From Rhizodiscina lignyota (Eukaryota), in assembly GCA_010015805.1 (NCBI GenBank), contig ML978130.1:186001-250000 (forward strand): DNA of 64,000 bases, in the 5' to 3' direction. The notes below the pieces were generated by a model that saw nothing but the letters and a program-made list of their open reading frames with translations, was not told where the DNA came from and searched no databases. Of the stretch, positions 12,856-25,704 are shown piece by piece; position 1 is the first letter of the stretch, and each line of letters starts with the position of its first letter. The translations under genes and the position numbers were made by a program.

Positions 12856-13865
12856 ATGTCGGTCCGCAAGAAATCCCTCCTGATCGGCATTAACTACACT
12901 GGCTCAGGCCATGCCCTGAGCGGCTGCCACCAAGATGTCGAAAACATGCGGGAATTCCTCTCCTACCGCGGCTACGCCGATGACCCTCGCTCACAGGTGG
13001 TCCTTCTCGATCTGCAAGACACCTATGGCACACCTTACTTCCCGACAGGCCATAACATTATGGGGGCGATGGACTGGTTGGTCAGTGAGCCCGGAACATG
13101 TTGCTTCCTGCACTACTCAGGACATGGCGGGCAGGTCGAGGACGTGGACGGAAACAGGGCAGATAGTACAGGACTGGACGATAGTATCGTGCCAGTGGAC
13201 TTTGAAGAGCGAGGACAGATCAGCAGCACAGTCTTGCATGAGCATTTGGCGACAAGGCTGGCGCCAAGGAGCACGCTATTCATTATCATGGACTGCTGTC
13301 ATAGTGGAAGTGCGGTGGAGCTGCCTTATGTGTATAGAAGCGATGCGGATGGGAACATCTCGCTACTGGACAACTTACGACAGGGTGCAAGATTGGTGGG
13401 AGAAGCATCGGATCTCATCCAAGGGGGATTCAGCATGCGGAACGTTGGCGAGGCGCAAGAACTGTTTGCGGGAGCGACGAGCTTCTTCCGGGGTTTGGGA
13501 CATATGGGCGAGCAACAAGAGGACGGCTTGGACCAAGGCGAATTTGCGAACCAGTACGGTAGAGAGAACAAGGTCGTCACTATGTTCAGCGGGTGCAGGG
13601 ACGACCAAACGAGTGCAGATGCGCGAATTGCGGGGGAGAGTTGCGGAGCAATGACTTGGGCTTTCTTGGAGACGATGAAGAGAGAGTCTAAACCGACTTA
13701 CATTTCGGTATGTTCTATCCGAATCCCATCACAATGCAGTTCTGACCGAGATCATAGGCATTGCAGATGACAAGAGGACTGCTGGATCAGTCCAAGTATT
13801 CCCAGATCCCACAACTTTCTACTGGTGTTGAGCTGGATCTTGACAACACAGCCTTGATTTTGTAG
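12856..13865 (+). CDS. Metacaspase (peptidase C14); intron 13708-13757
   Basis: KKSLLIGINY, LSGC..DV, catalytic HYSGHG and DCCHSG, SGCRDDQTSAD, final exon QIPQLS. Confidence 0.93.
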
Positions 13866-13923
13866 ATTTGCCCCTGGAGCTACGATGCTACGACTAGATG
13901 AATCATGATTGAGAATCCAAGTT

Positions 13924-14801
13924 CTACAACATGTGCTCCATGTCAATGGTCATTTCCGGGATCCAATACCTGGTGTTTGACTGGCTCGATTCTCCACGCC
14001 GCCAGAGTGCATAGTACAGAAACCTGTAACTGCTCTCCTTTGCATTACCTTTTTCAAACGAGCCTTCACGTTTGAGATGATCTGCTAGAACTGATACAAC
14101 AGCCAACAAAAACGTCAGAAGATCGAGAAGCGCAATTGCGAATTTACAGTCACCGCCACCACAAGCATGTAACGAATGAAACCAAGGGACCAGACGACCA
14201 CTGTGCAGGGACAATCAATCCAAAAGATACTTTGAAGGTTTGTGTTCCGGAGTACTCTCACTGCTTTCTTGCGCGTCAAAATAACCTGCGATCAGGATTG
14301 GCTTTGAAGTGATGCCGAGATCTGCCCGGAGTTTCACCTCCGGCCGTAGTAGATTCGCGAACGCTAAACAACAAGCCCATGCTACAACTCCACACTGCAG
14401 CTTCCGGCCGTTGCGGCAGAATCCCTCCGTCTTGGTCTTCGCAACCGTCGCTCTCTAAAGGCTTAAGGTTCTATTTTGCCCTGATGATCCTGTCAGGTCT
14501 TTTTCAGCTTTTCTTGGTCCTGCGGATCGACACGCTTCCATTATGACATCTGGAGTGACGGTGCGTTCGTGTGGAGCCGCCAGCCCTACGCCTTGCCCAA
14601 TTGAGCAGCATAACGCGCCGCTGGGTTGTGGCCGTTGTTCGATACAACAACGTAGTAGGGATATAGACAGTGGCTTTCGTCCTCGTAATCTTCGATACGC
14701 TCCACTGTCAGACTCAGATCATAGATCGAGCTCTTCTTCCGTAGCTCTGTAGCTTCCTGCTCCGCCTCAAAAGACTTGCCATGCGCTCCTCTCTTTCGCA
14801 C
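13924..14801 (-). pseudogene. Possible degenerate ORF of unknown family
   Basis: Protein-like minus-strand frames (SIYDLSLTVERIEDY...; NLLRPEVKLRADLGITSKPILIAGYF...*LSLHSGRLVPW...RYWIPEM) broken by stops and frameshifts. Confidence 0.3.
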
Positions 14802-15010
14802 GTTACTGAGTTCTATACTGCGTTGCGAAATTTGCGAGAGTTTCGCTTGTACTCCACGAAATTATAAAAGTCATGGAGAGCAATTCTATTCAAGATCCAG
14901 AACTGGAGCTGGAATCACAAGAACGGCAGAGTACTACTCATAATCATTTTCATTTCACCATCTCCTAACGATCCACGATAGCTTCGGCAATAACTCTTGA
15001 CGCCGTCAAA

Positions 15011-15898
15011 ATGTCACAAAACATACCACGTATTCCATTGGACCTCCGCAAGCACAAACTCGCGATCGCCATACCGTGGACTATCATCGTCACCACCGGC
15101 TGCTTTATCCCAGTTGCAGTGTACTTCGGCGTTCACTATGGAACCAACAAGGACCTGACAACAGCACTATCCCCCGGACTTGCCACTTTCGGCGCGTCGT
15201 CGGGCTACAACCTCTACTTCCGCTTCTGGAGTTTGTACAAGGCCAAATCTACGTGCAGACCTGTCAACAGCCCAAGTCGCTGGTTCCTCGATAACTTCAT
15301 GTGGAACTTCATGATCCTATTCGGCATCTTGACCGTCCTCATTTCAGTCGCAATCGCCAAGGAGCAAGTCCGGGTAGCATCTCTGTCGCTTTCAATCCTG
15401 ATGTTTGCTGTTGGCCTTCAGATGGTGATAGTTGTGGTATTGAGGTCATTCAGGGTGCAAAGTCCATTCCAAGTCTCCTCTGCACCGCCAGGCGAGACGG
15501 TCAAGTCAGCTGCTCTGGCGATCGTTGAAGACGTTGTGGCTGTGGATGCAAAGCAAGGAGCAGAGATGCGAGCTTTGCTCCTTGCACGATACGATGCTAG
15601 TCCGCCAATCCAAAACCTCTTCTGGAAGCTTGATCTGCTCTGGGGAGTCAGTGCTCTTGGCGTTGCCGCTGGAATTGTTGCGATCATATTTGCAGTTCAC
15701 AACTACAGTGTTGGATTCGCCGTCGGTAAGGAGAAGCCCCATCTGCATGGCGACTACTTGAACACAGACTAATGCAACGCAGGATACTCTGTCCCATGGA
15801 TCTGGGCAGGGTTAATGACAATCGTCACAATCCAAATGGTGAAGGCTGCGAAGCGCGAGGAAGAAAGATACTTCAGCCAGGCGGGGTCGATTGATTAG
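15011..15898 (+). CDS. Conserved fungal integral membrane protein, unknown function; intron 15726-15782
   Basis: Several hydrophobic helices; LAIVEDVVAVD motif; GTAAGG...CTAAT...CAG intron adds GYSVPWIWAG... Confidence 0.8.
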
Positions 15899-16381
15899 AC
15901 TTTATCGACACATCGTATGCCGGATTTGCAGGCAGATCGACGTTTGAAATACCCATTTCACCATGTTTTCTCTTTGGGCTAGTGGCGGCGGGGTTTGTCT
16001 GATTTATCTATGTTGATGCCCAGTCTTGGCGTCCGGTCCTTTTTGCACGGTCTGAAATTGCTCATCATATAGACACTGTATACAAAGGTGTCTCGTCTAC
16101 AATTCTAGAAGGATGGCACCAGTGTGACTGCAGTAACCGCCCCTGTGTGTCAACGGCGTCGCACAGGATAACGGCAAAAAAGAAAACGCATCTTCGTCCA
16201 AGTCCATTGACGTGCTGTGCGACCTGGCGAGGCTGCACGACGTGATTGGTCCAGCGCATCACATGCAGGCATGAAGCCGCAAGCGGAGATCCGCCAGACT
16301 TGCGAAACAGCGCTTCAAACGTGAAGCCATTGCCATGCGCTGACTGCGCCGAACGATATAACGCTCAATCACTTCGCTCCA

Positions 16382-17587
16382 ATGGCCTTTCAGCCACCTG
16401 CTGGGCCCGTGGGACAGCAGGGACAGGCGCAGAGAGCCCCTTCCGAGCCCTCTCCTGAGCACTCGACACAACGGCCATCCTCGTCCCACCGCCTCGCACT
16501 GTCGGGGCGTCTACTGCCAAACTTATTCGCCAGAAACACTTCCACCACCTCTGCCACCATAGAGACGGCAACTCGAGGCAGAAATGAGAGGCCAGCAGCC
16601 CCGACGCTCCGCCAATTGCAGATGAACCTCCCTCACCGGTCACGAAACCGGTCCGTCGACGTGCAGTCTACAGCTTCGCGCTCCTCAGTCTCGACGCAGC
16701 CCGTCATCGTACGCACGTATTCCGGCAGCAGAGATCGGGACGCCTCTCATAAAGCATCTCGCCGTCTCTCAAAGACGCGCGAACAAACGACATCTCAAGC
16801 GCCGATCCACACCGCCATGCCGAGCCCTCCCCCACCCTCCGATCCCAAGTCCACAAAGCTCCCTTCTGTCGAAGAATTCAAATTTTCCTTAGTGCTCCAA
16901 GCTGTAGAGCCAGATATCCACTCCGCAATCGACGCCATCGCCGAAATATGTGCGCGTTCGCGACTCTCCCTCGCCGACGAATACGGTGCACACTTACCGC
17001 CATTCACACATAGCCTCCCTCCGATGCCCAGGACAAGAGCAATGAGAGGTGAAGGAAGAAGTCTGGCGCACGGCAGCGGCCTGACAACGGTCCCGGAGAC
17101 AAGTTCGAGCAGTGAGCATAGCAGTCCGAGCACAACGAGCGGCAGCGGTCGAACGAAGATCAGTGCATATGGCAGTTTGACGAAGGTGCTCACAAGAGAT
17201 GGGAAGGGCTCTGACAGCAAGTCCAAGCAACCCATGAGTAAGGAGGCTCAGGAGCAGGGACCCAGTGGATCGAAGAGAGAAGATGCAGCTCAATCATCGT
17301 CCATTGTGATGCACGGCAAGGGATTCGCAAAGCCGCTTCTCATTCGGATAGCTTCTCCAAAACTGTCGAATGAGATTGCTTCTGGTCCGACAATGCTGCT
17401 CAGCACCTCCTTGCCCGCGGATACCGAACAGGAAAACGACCAATCGACGACCAAGGCACACTCGAAGTCACGATCATGGTTTCCATGGATCTCGAGCTCG
17501 GGTGAACCGAATGCAGAAGGCAAGCTAAAGGACTTGTTAAGAGCAGCGAATACAAAAAGTAGCGGGCCTAGTGTAGCGCCTGGGTGA
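16382..17587 (+). CDS. Hypothetical S/T-rich protein with a conserved core (LPSVEEFKFS...DAIAEICARSRLSLADEYGAHLPP)
   Basis: 401-aa uninterrupted ORF; the short helical core resembles a motif recurrent in Pezizomycotina hypothetical proteins. Confidence 0.75.
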   Translation: MAFQPPAGPVGQQGQAQRAPSEPSPEHSTQRPSSSHRLALSGRLLPNLFARNTSTTSATIETATRGRNERPAAPTLRQLQMNLPHRSRNRSVDVQSTASRSSVSTQPVIVRTYSGSRDRDASHKASRRLSKTREQTTSQAPIHTAMPSPPPPSDPKSTKLPSVEEFKFSLVLQAVEPDIHSAIDAIAEICARSRLSLADEYGAHLPPFTHSLPPMPRTRAMRGEGRSLAHGSGLTTVPETSSSSEHSSPSTTSGSGRTKISAYGSLTKVLTRDGKGSDSKSKQPMSKEAQEQGPSGSKREDAAQSSSIVMHGKGFAKPLLIRIASPKLSNEIASGPTMLLSTSLPADTEQENDQSTTKAHSKSRSWFPWISSSGEPNAEGKLKDLLRAANTKSSGPSVAPG

Positions 17588-17933
17588 CATTTATGAATAA
17601 GAACTAGAATACGGTTCGAAATTGTACTTCTAAGGGAAAGATCACTTTTCTTCACGTCATTGCGACGGCGAGGCTGGCACTCGGTAAAAGTTCACTATGG
17701 ATGATGCAACAATACCCCGAGACCATTGGAGGACATGTGCTGCGCATCATTTTTGTTTGCGATATTGGTGGCGCAATTCGGAGGACATGTGCGGCACGGC
17801 GGTCAACATCATGTTTCCGGGACCTACTCATCAAAAGGAGGCCATTGTGCGAATGCAATTGGAGGAAACTGCATCCTGACACAAAATTTGCTGTCAAGCA
17901 TGAAGCTTAACGAATTTCATTACTGCGGCCTAG

Positions 17934-17966
17934 CAAAAGTAGGCACCAAAAGTAGGCACCAAAAGT
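17934..17966. repeat. 13-bp tandem repeat, ~2.5 copies (CAAAAGTAGGCAC)
   Basis: Read directly. Confidence 0.8.
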
Positions 17967-20900
17967 CAAGCGCTTCAATGACAAGGCAAATTCCGTTAAG
18001 ATCCGCTTTTTGTCGAGTTTCCAATGCCCAGTTAATGCAAGAGTGATCGTCGGTACAGTGCTCTCTTGCCATTCATCTTCTCAGTCGCTGGGACTTCCAC
18101 GCTATTATGTTTCTGGAGTCCTACGCCTCAGTCATTCGGTACAACAGATTCTCAGGAAGCAGACGAACCCACCCGGATATATTACGCCGACTGCTGTGGT
18201 AAAGCTCTCGGGTTGGAGGCGTTTACCACGGTCTTGCGCTGCAGGAGCGCAGCATCACGTACCGGGACAGTCAGCGAAGATCAGCTGATAGGAATTCAGA
18301 GCTGAACTCTATGTTCGTTTATGTTAAAGGAATTCTGCCAACGCCGGTGTCGGAAGGTCGTGGCTGTTCACGGGCAGTGGAAGGATGCTTCTGTCAACAT
18401 CAAGCTGATGCTCGAACCACTCGTGCGACCCATCAGAAGACGGTCTTTGAGTTGGCGAACCGCTCCGCTACTAACATGCTAGAGATGCAATGCTCGTTAA
18501 TATTCGTGCTAAAGGTGACTGGCGCTTCTCATTTCTACTTTGTAATCTTTCTACACTTGATCTCAGACTTTCGTTTCTCTCCGCAATCGTGACAGACGAT
18601 GTCCCATATATGATCACCGGCACCAAATACGGAAGGAATACACATTACAGATCTCTACGTTCTTAGACAAACCTCTACACAGGAAGTAGTCACTGATTCC
18701 AATTACCGATAGTTGGTTGCGTTAGGTAAACTTGCGGGCTCGCGATTTAAGTGGTGGTTAGGGGCGGCATCCTTTCCCCACTTTACCTACAGAATTCAAT
18801 GTTTGCACACAGCCTATCGTAACACAGTAATTCTGCGGCAATACAGCGGCCATGTGTATGATTAGTGACTACAGTTAAGAATATTGTGCTCAATGGATAA
18901 TACACAAGCGTTTGCCTCGAGAAGATAAGATCCCATCACGGCCTAGAAACTTCTGGGTTAGGAGGGGGGCTGGGAGGTGGGGCGCCGTTCATCGGGCGTA
19001 GCGACAATATCAACGGGCAAAAAATTCTATTCTGTTCCTCCCACCGAGAGATTTTCCAAGACAAAATTTGCCTGCTTAAGCTAGGACACGTCTCACCAGT
19101 CTGCCTCATTTTTTCAATTCAAAATACGACAAGTCTAGCCATGTAGGAAAGATTCTGAACCCTCGAATGTGAGCACACCGTGCTCGCGAGCCACAGCAAT
19201 AATGAGGGGATCGCTGATGTTGGTTGGAGAATCCATTTCGTCTCTCTCAAATCTCTTTTTGCCATAATAGTTCGTTTAACGTCTCTGTTGCAAAATCTGC
19301 TGTTTAGTCTCGAATTTATCAGACTCTTTTTGAGAATATCCTCATCAAGCATATCAGAAAGTCACGTTCTGCGTACGTGCTACGAGTTCAGGTGTCCTTA
19401 GCCATCCCACTTTATCTGCCAGTACCCGTATCGTACGGCACCTTGAAAGCCAGCTGTGCCAGGGCACATAGGTAGTCCATTCTTCTCCCTGTATCACGAG
19501 CAGGTCCAGCGGGCCTTTGGCAGACGTCTCGCTACTTCAATTCGCGGCCTGCTCGAAACCTTTCTCTATTTGCTGCCTTTGGAAAGAACCAAGGCTTTGT
19601 TGGGTTTGTAATGCAAGGCTGGCGAGTAAGACGCTTTTTTCACAGGATCTGCATGTGATCCAATACTTTCATCTCTCTTGCACGGGCGCCCCAACCGCCC
19701 CGACAAAACTCTCTCGGAGTCTCGGTTGCAGCTGCACTTTTGGGACAAATGAGCGGACTGTGGGCCGTCCAAGGATGAGTGGGTAAAAAAGCTCACTGTG
19801 TCCTTAGTTCAGATTTACTTTTTACGATCGATTCATGTATTTATAATTTAATCCGTTGTAACGCCCTCGAACAATTCTGCCTTTCGCTGTTAGCCCTTTG
19901 TTACACAACACGCCAGGGGGTAACTTTAACGGCCAAGACTCCGTGATGAGCCGTGTCAGCACTTCTTGATCGTCTTGATGGCTCTCCGCAGGCCATACGA
20001 GCCAAGAATCGACGGGTACAACTGGGAAATCTCATCTACTTTCGAATAACCATCTTGGACTTCAAGAGGATGCTCGACATGCTGCAACTCCGCAGCCGAT
20101 GAATCCTCCTTGGAAGTTGCCAGCCATCAATACACATAAAGGGGCAGGCAATCAGAATGACGAACTGCTACAGGCTACGAAGATTTCGTCGGGTACTATC
20201 ATGTTTAGGCCATGCGCGATAGTAGCTACTGGATATTTCAACTTTCACAGGATCCATAATCGTTACGATGAGTAAGTGGTCCACATACTTGCCTGGAGAG
20301 ATGACCGAAGCCCTTCTGGTTGAATAGAGCCAGCGTCACGTCATGTAGGTGCCCTTCGAGCGTTTTAGGATACATGTTATCAACGCACACTGAGGCAGAA
20401 TTCCTCTCAGTGATCCTTTGGGTGCCCGAGAGTGTGCGTAGCTGACTGAGATAGGGTGCCAAAGAACAGGTAGATTTACTAAAGGAAATGGCGATGCAAG
20501 ACTGGTCGAACTCCCCGTTTCTGATGGCACGGCTGCATGTCATTCCGGGGGATGCGAGCCATAGAGCCATGCAGATGTCAAGAACCTAGGGGCTGCAGCA
20601 TACCACTACCGGTCAACAAACTATCGTCGATCGCCCTCTATCACCGACACCTACGACTTGCATCCATTGCCTGCCGCGAATGATCACACTAGTCGATTTT
20701 CAGCGAAGAGCCTCACCAAGAGTCATCATGGGGCGCCGAACAACTAAAGCGGGCGGCCTACAAATGGGACAGGATAGCAGCGATGGGCTGGGCTGCACAT
20801 TTGAGCTCTGGAAGAAACATTAGCGTCCATCTCAGGCTGGAGGTCAAAGCAGCTTCACCTTCTTGTCGCTGTGCTTTGATACCGGTCTTGGTGTTCTCGA

Positions 20901-20973
20901 CAAGGCAGCGACAGTATCTTCCCTAACACATCGCTATTATTCCTCTGTTCTGGAGCCACCCACACCGCATTCC

Positions 20974-22279
20974 ATGGCCGACTACGTGGGATGGTTCAAC
21001 CAAAGCAACAGCCGCGGTACAATGTCTCTCATGCAGGGCTGCCTGTCCGCCATCATTCTATGCACATGGGACGCTCTACATTTGAATGTTCCTTCGGACG
21101 ACGACTCGTACCGAACAACTTTACTCCGTCAGCTCAAGTGGACGCTTTTTGGCATCCTTGCCCCCGAGTGGCTGGCCATTTTCGCATTGCGTGAATGGTT
21201 CGAAGCGACGAGGTGGCTGGATCGAGAGATTGATGTTGTGTTAAAGGTCAGGCCCAGACTAATCAAATGTCTTAAACAATAGGAAATGTAACTGACGCGT
21301 TGAGTAGGGCAGTGACATTGAGATGAATACGGTGAGCTCAACGCCTTCGTCATCATCGAGAGACCAACCCAACACAAACATAAGAATCACAACCACACCA
21401 GACTCTCCCCCGCCAGCCTCTTCCGAGCTGTCAACAAGTGCAGCTTTGTCCGCGTGGACACGAGTGCATTCTCACTTCGTGTACATGGGCGGCTTCAATA
21501 TCATCTTCCCCGACGGTAAACGATATCGCTTGAACGCACCTCAATTTCTTGCCCTTCTAAAAGTCCGGTATATAGATCCACCACATATGTTGAAGAAGGA
21601 GATAAAGGACAAGAGCAAGGCAGATCATTTAGGTAAGGGTCTAGCATGCCTCCAAATGTTGTGGCTTGTTGTGTACCTGATAATCCGCACTGCACAACAT
21701 CTTCCGGTCACAACGTTGGAGCTTTTTGCCCTTAGCGTTGTCTGTTGTACCCTTTTTAACTACGTGGCTTTATGGGAAAAACCAAAGCAGGTCGAACAAG
21801 CGGTGGATATCCAAGCTCTCCATGCAAACGATGAGATTATGGCCATTCTCGAACAACATGAGGATATATTCAGCTTCCCAGGCCGCAGGATCAGCCTCAA
21901 GGACAATGTTGGCCGGAACTGCACGAACAGCGGATATTTCGTCTTCATCTATGCCCTACCAACCTTTGCGTTCGGAACGTGCCATCTAATAGGCTGGCAA
22001 TTGTCATTCGCGTCGGAAGTCGAGAGAAACTTGTTCCGGAGCTCAGGTATCGGTTGCTTGGTTATCCCTCTTACCTTGCTATGCCTTGGAGATGTCATGC
22101 AGAATGTGAGTGGGCTGTGGAAGCAGCTCGTCAACATCCTGATATTTCTCATCACCATGCTATATGTCCTGCTCCGGATTTACCTCATCATAGAAGTTTT
22201 TGCAGGACTACGACAAGTGCGAGCTGCAGTTTATCAGGACGTCAACTGGGCCCAGTTCATTCCTCATATCGGAAGTTGA
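20974..22279 (+). CDS. Uncharacterised fungal multi-pass membrane protein (paralog B); intron 21247-21307
   Basis: Same motifs as paralog A (RGT, CTWDALHLNVP, APE, HSHFVYMGGF, DKSKAD, TLELF, WEKP, C-terminal WAQFIPHIGS); GTCAGG...CTGAC...TAG intron restores the frame. Confidence 0.87.
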
Positions 22280-24685
22280 TATTTGCCATGTTAGAACAGA
22301 CTGTCACACTTCATGACGTGGCTCTGGAATGCGATACCAGCCGAGTAGACTTCGCAGCGAAGCATCTTGATGAGAAAGAGACGGATATAAAAGTCCAAAC
22401 AGCGACAGAATGACAGTAGCGTACGAACAGGACAACACATACTCTCACAAGATACCTCGCCAATAAGCTTTCGCCACTTGCATAACATAGAGGACTTATC
22501 CTGCCAGCAAATTGAACGAAATCCAATCCACCGACAAGAGTTGGCAGACTGATATCCCTTTCGATGTAACGTTTATTGTCGCACCGCCTCCCACACAATG
22601 CTGGTAACACCATTGATGTACTTAACAACTCTAACCCATCGCACTGGTGGCTGTGGCGGCGTGGGCTTCTTGATTTTCTTCGACACGGATGACGGCCCCT
22701 GATCAGGCATGACTATCCGGGTGCTGGTTGTTGACGACCAATTGTCAGCGTTTTTGGATATTGCCAGCGAGTTCCAACACTTGTATGAATGTATCATGCC
22801 TTTTGTCCAGGTTGTCCAATGTTTCAATCACAAAGTTGGTTTTTTTTCCTTCTGCTCAAGGCCTATCGACTGAGCGGCAAGCTAGGTATGGCCTCTTCCA
22901 CAAGACTAGAATATCGTGTATGAGGAAGAGCTATTAATCAAATGGACTGAACAATCCTTGTGAAATTGTTGTCAGAGACTCAGGCTGAGGTATTGAGGCG
23001 GCTCGGGTCGAAGGTACGATCGCAGCGTTGACGGCCTGAACGCGATATCTTTGGAATTGTCAGCCATCTCCTGCCTCGCACCCGAAAATTAATGGCAAAA
23101 TGAAGGAGAAATTCATATACAAGGCGACCTAAGACTCCTTTGACACGTAGAACGAGGCATTACTGCTGATTCTGCGCGATGAGATCTGCCACATGGCCGC
23201 CAAAACCTCAGGAGAGAGCATAAGACTCACTTCACCGGATGTTGAAACCACCTGGAAACAAAATGGAGACTTCCGCTATGAGGCAAGTGTAGCAGCTAAG
23301 GCTCTGTCAACTTGGATGTTCTTGTCAGGCCGACTTACCACCGAGTCCTGCAAAGAATATGGAATTTACCGTGCACCTTGGCCAAATTTGGACACATTAT
23401 AGAAGCACGGGGAACAGCGTCTATGGCACGGGCCGTAGATACTTTGCTGGCTGTGTCTCGCCCTGAAGCTCCGTTGCGCAGCTTGATCACGAACTCGGCA
23501 AAGACGTGCCCCGAATGGACTTCCAAACCAATTTCACAAAATGGAAATTAAATGGGCTTGTCCTCCTGGTGTTGCCATAATTATCCAGACACTGATCTGC
23601 GCCATAAAATCCCCCTTCCTCAACTGTTTGATATGTTTCCAAAGTCAGCATCATGGTTGGGCCCCGTGCCATGATCCCCATGTTTCACTGTTTCTGGGTC
23701 CCGGAGGTGGTATCCGAGCGTGTTGTCACCCACCACGGGATTAGCACTTCGTGAACTGTCTGCTACAGTTGAAGCAGGAACTGGTTTGGAGAGACGTAGA
23801 TTTCAGCTCAGGGACGGTATACGAACAGTCAATGACTCTCTCCTGATAGGATCATGTGAATAAAAATGGACCAGGGCGAAAATAGAAGGCGTCATTTCTT
23901 CCCCGGCTGGACATTGCCGGCAACTGGAGTGGAAGCGCCGCTGGTTGTTCGACCGCGGCCATTGCCATCATCAGATGAGCCTGGAATTGAGAGCTGTTGC
24001 AGCTGGATGGAGTGGCAATTTGATACATTATCATGGACCTGATTCTGCGAGAATTAGGATCTCATCATCCCACGGGACTTGCAAGCGACATACCTGAGGG
24101 ACTTTTGAACGGGACCGTCTTCAGCTTCGGTTGTCTGTTCGGGCGCTGGTAAGCTTGGAGGGACAATCGGCCATTAAATACGACGCTATTGTCGTGTATT
24201 ATGCTCTAGCAGCATCGAAGTACTATGGTCTCTAATGGCTGATTTGAAAATGGTACGTCTTTGAGTATTGCAAAAGGACGAGTGCCTGTTAATGCAAAAA
24301 AGTGCGAACAGACATATTCCTCCTGGCAATGTTCGGCAGTTCAGTGCAAGAGTAGCCCGTTGCCCGTGGATTAAAGCAGATTCCGTCCTAAGAGGGCTAT
24401 ATCAAGTAAGATTACACTAAAATTAGATTTAGCAGAACTTTTAGGCTAACATACAAATATAAAGAGACATCTAAGGCTACTCTCGATGTTGCTTAAAGAA
24501 TTCTCTCGAAAACGGAGCTCTCTCGCTTTTAGCAGCACGAAGCAAGATTACACTAGTCATAGCCTCTGATCGTACCACCGTCACAGTACCAAGCCTAATA
24601 ATCTACAATCCTTGAACTAGTTCAAAATTGGTTCAATGACGAAGAGCCATATTCAGCACCCATCATAAATGGAGCTACCCACTTC

Positions 24686-25454
24686 TCAGTCACCGTTATG
24701 GCGATCAGGACGCTCCACACTTTCGACGTTCATAGCACGCTCTACAAATTGCCGTAAATCCAACCCGAAGTATCTTATAGAATTGACGATTCGGTTGTCG
24801 CCAGTGAAGTTGACCTTTGCAGCTTCTAGACGAAAGTGCGAGTAGCGGGTGTGGACGGCGGAAAGGTTATTCGCTGTCGATCGCGTCAAAGTTCACGGCT
24901 CTAGCTACTACAGCTGGAGGGAGAGCTTCCGACTGGCGAACTGTCGAGAATTTACAGGTTCGACGATTGAATGCCCGTCAACATACTCAGCGAGAGTCGA
25001 CTCCAGCTCCATCTTGTTACCATACCAACCTTCCTCATATTGTTCTGGACACACATATCCACAGCGCTCCCACAAACACTTGTACGCCCTCTTCGATACC
25101 CAGAGCTACAACCGTTTTAGATGTTGCGCGTCTTAACGCTCTTCATCTGTTTCTGGAGAGACGCGTAGGTAGCGGAGACGTCCTGCACAACTTTCCGCAT
25201 GACTACTGGGATCAGCTTCAGACAGTTGTCATCGCTATCTCCATCTTATTTATCCTACTCTGGGTCAAGGCCAATATCGTGTTGTTTTCTTATTAGGTCT
25301 TCTAAACGGGCATGGGACGCGGTTTCGAGGAAGCTGTCGGCTACGTTGAATATGAACAAGTCTTGCGTTGGCTTCGGTCGTTGATCGGGCAAAATTCGCG
25401 GATAATCGATGGGGGGTTTCGTAAGCCAATTTCGATGTCAGCAATGACGGCCAT
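24686..25454 (-). pseudogene. Possible degenerate ORF
   Basis: Protein-like minus frame DLFIFNVADSFLETASHARLEDLIRKQHDIGLDPE*DK*DGDSDD... with TAG/TAA stops compatible with C-to-T mutation. Confidence 0.3.
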
Positions 25455-25704
25455 GATAGTGAGAAGATAGTAATTGTATGAGCTGCTGTCAGTCGCGTCG
25501 CAACACGAAGGAGCTCACGCGGAAAAGTGGGCCCTCTGTGAGCACGTGGAGTATGGGGTATGTCTGACCGTCCAGGACTTTCTTTTTCTTTCTCTATTTG
25601 ATGCGAGCAAAGAATACCAAGGTTCTCAATGACACCTTGACACCTCGAAATGCTGTATATTGATCTATCAATTCTGCTATTCTACCGAACTGGCTATGCA
25701 ATGT

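Noticed and set aside
12856..15898. Protease-gasdermin cell-death pair
   Set aside because: The neighbouring gene is an alpha-helical multi-TM protein with no gasdermin-like features that I can recognise
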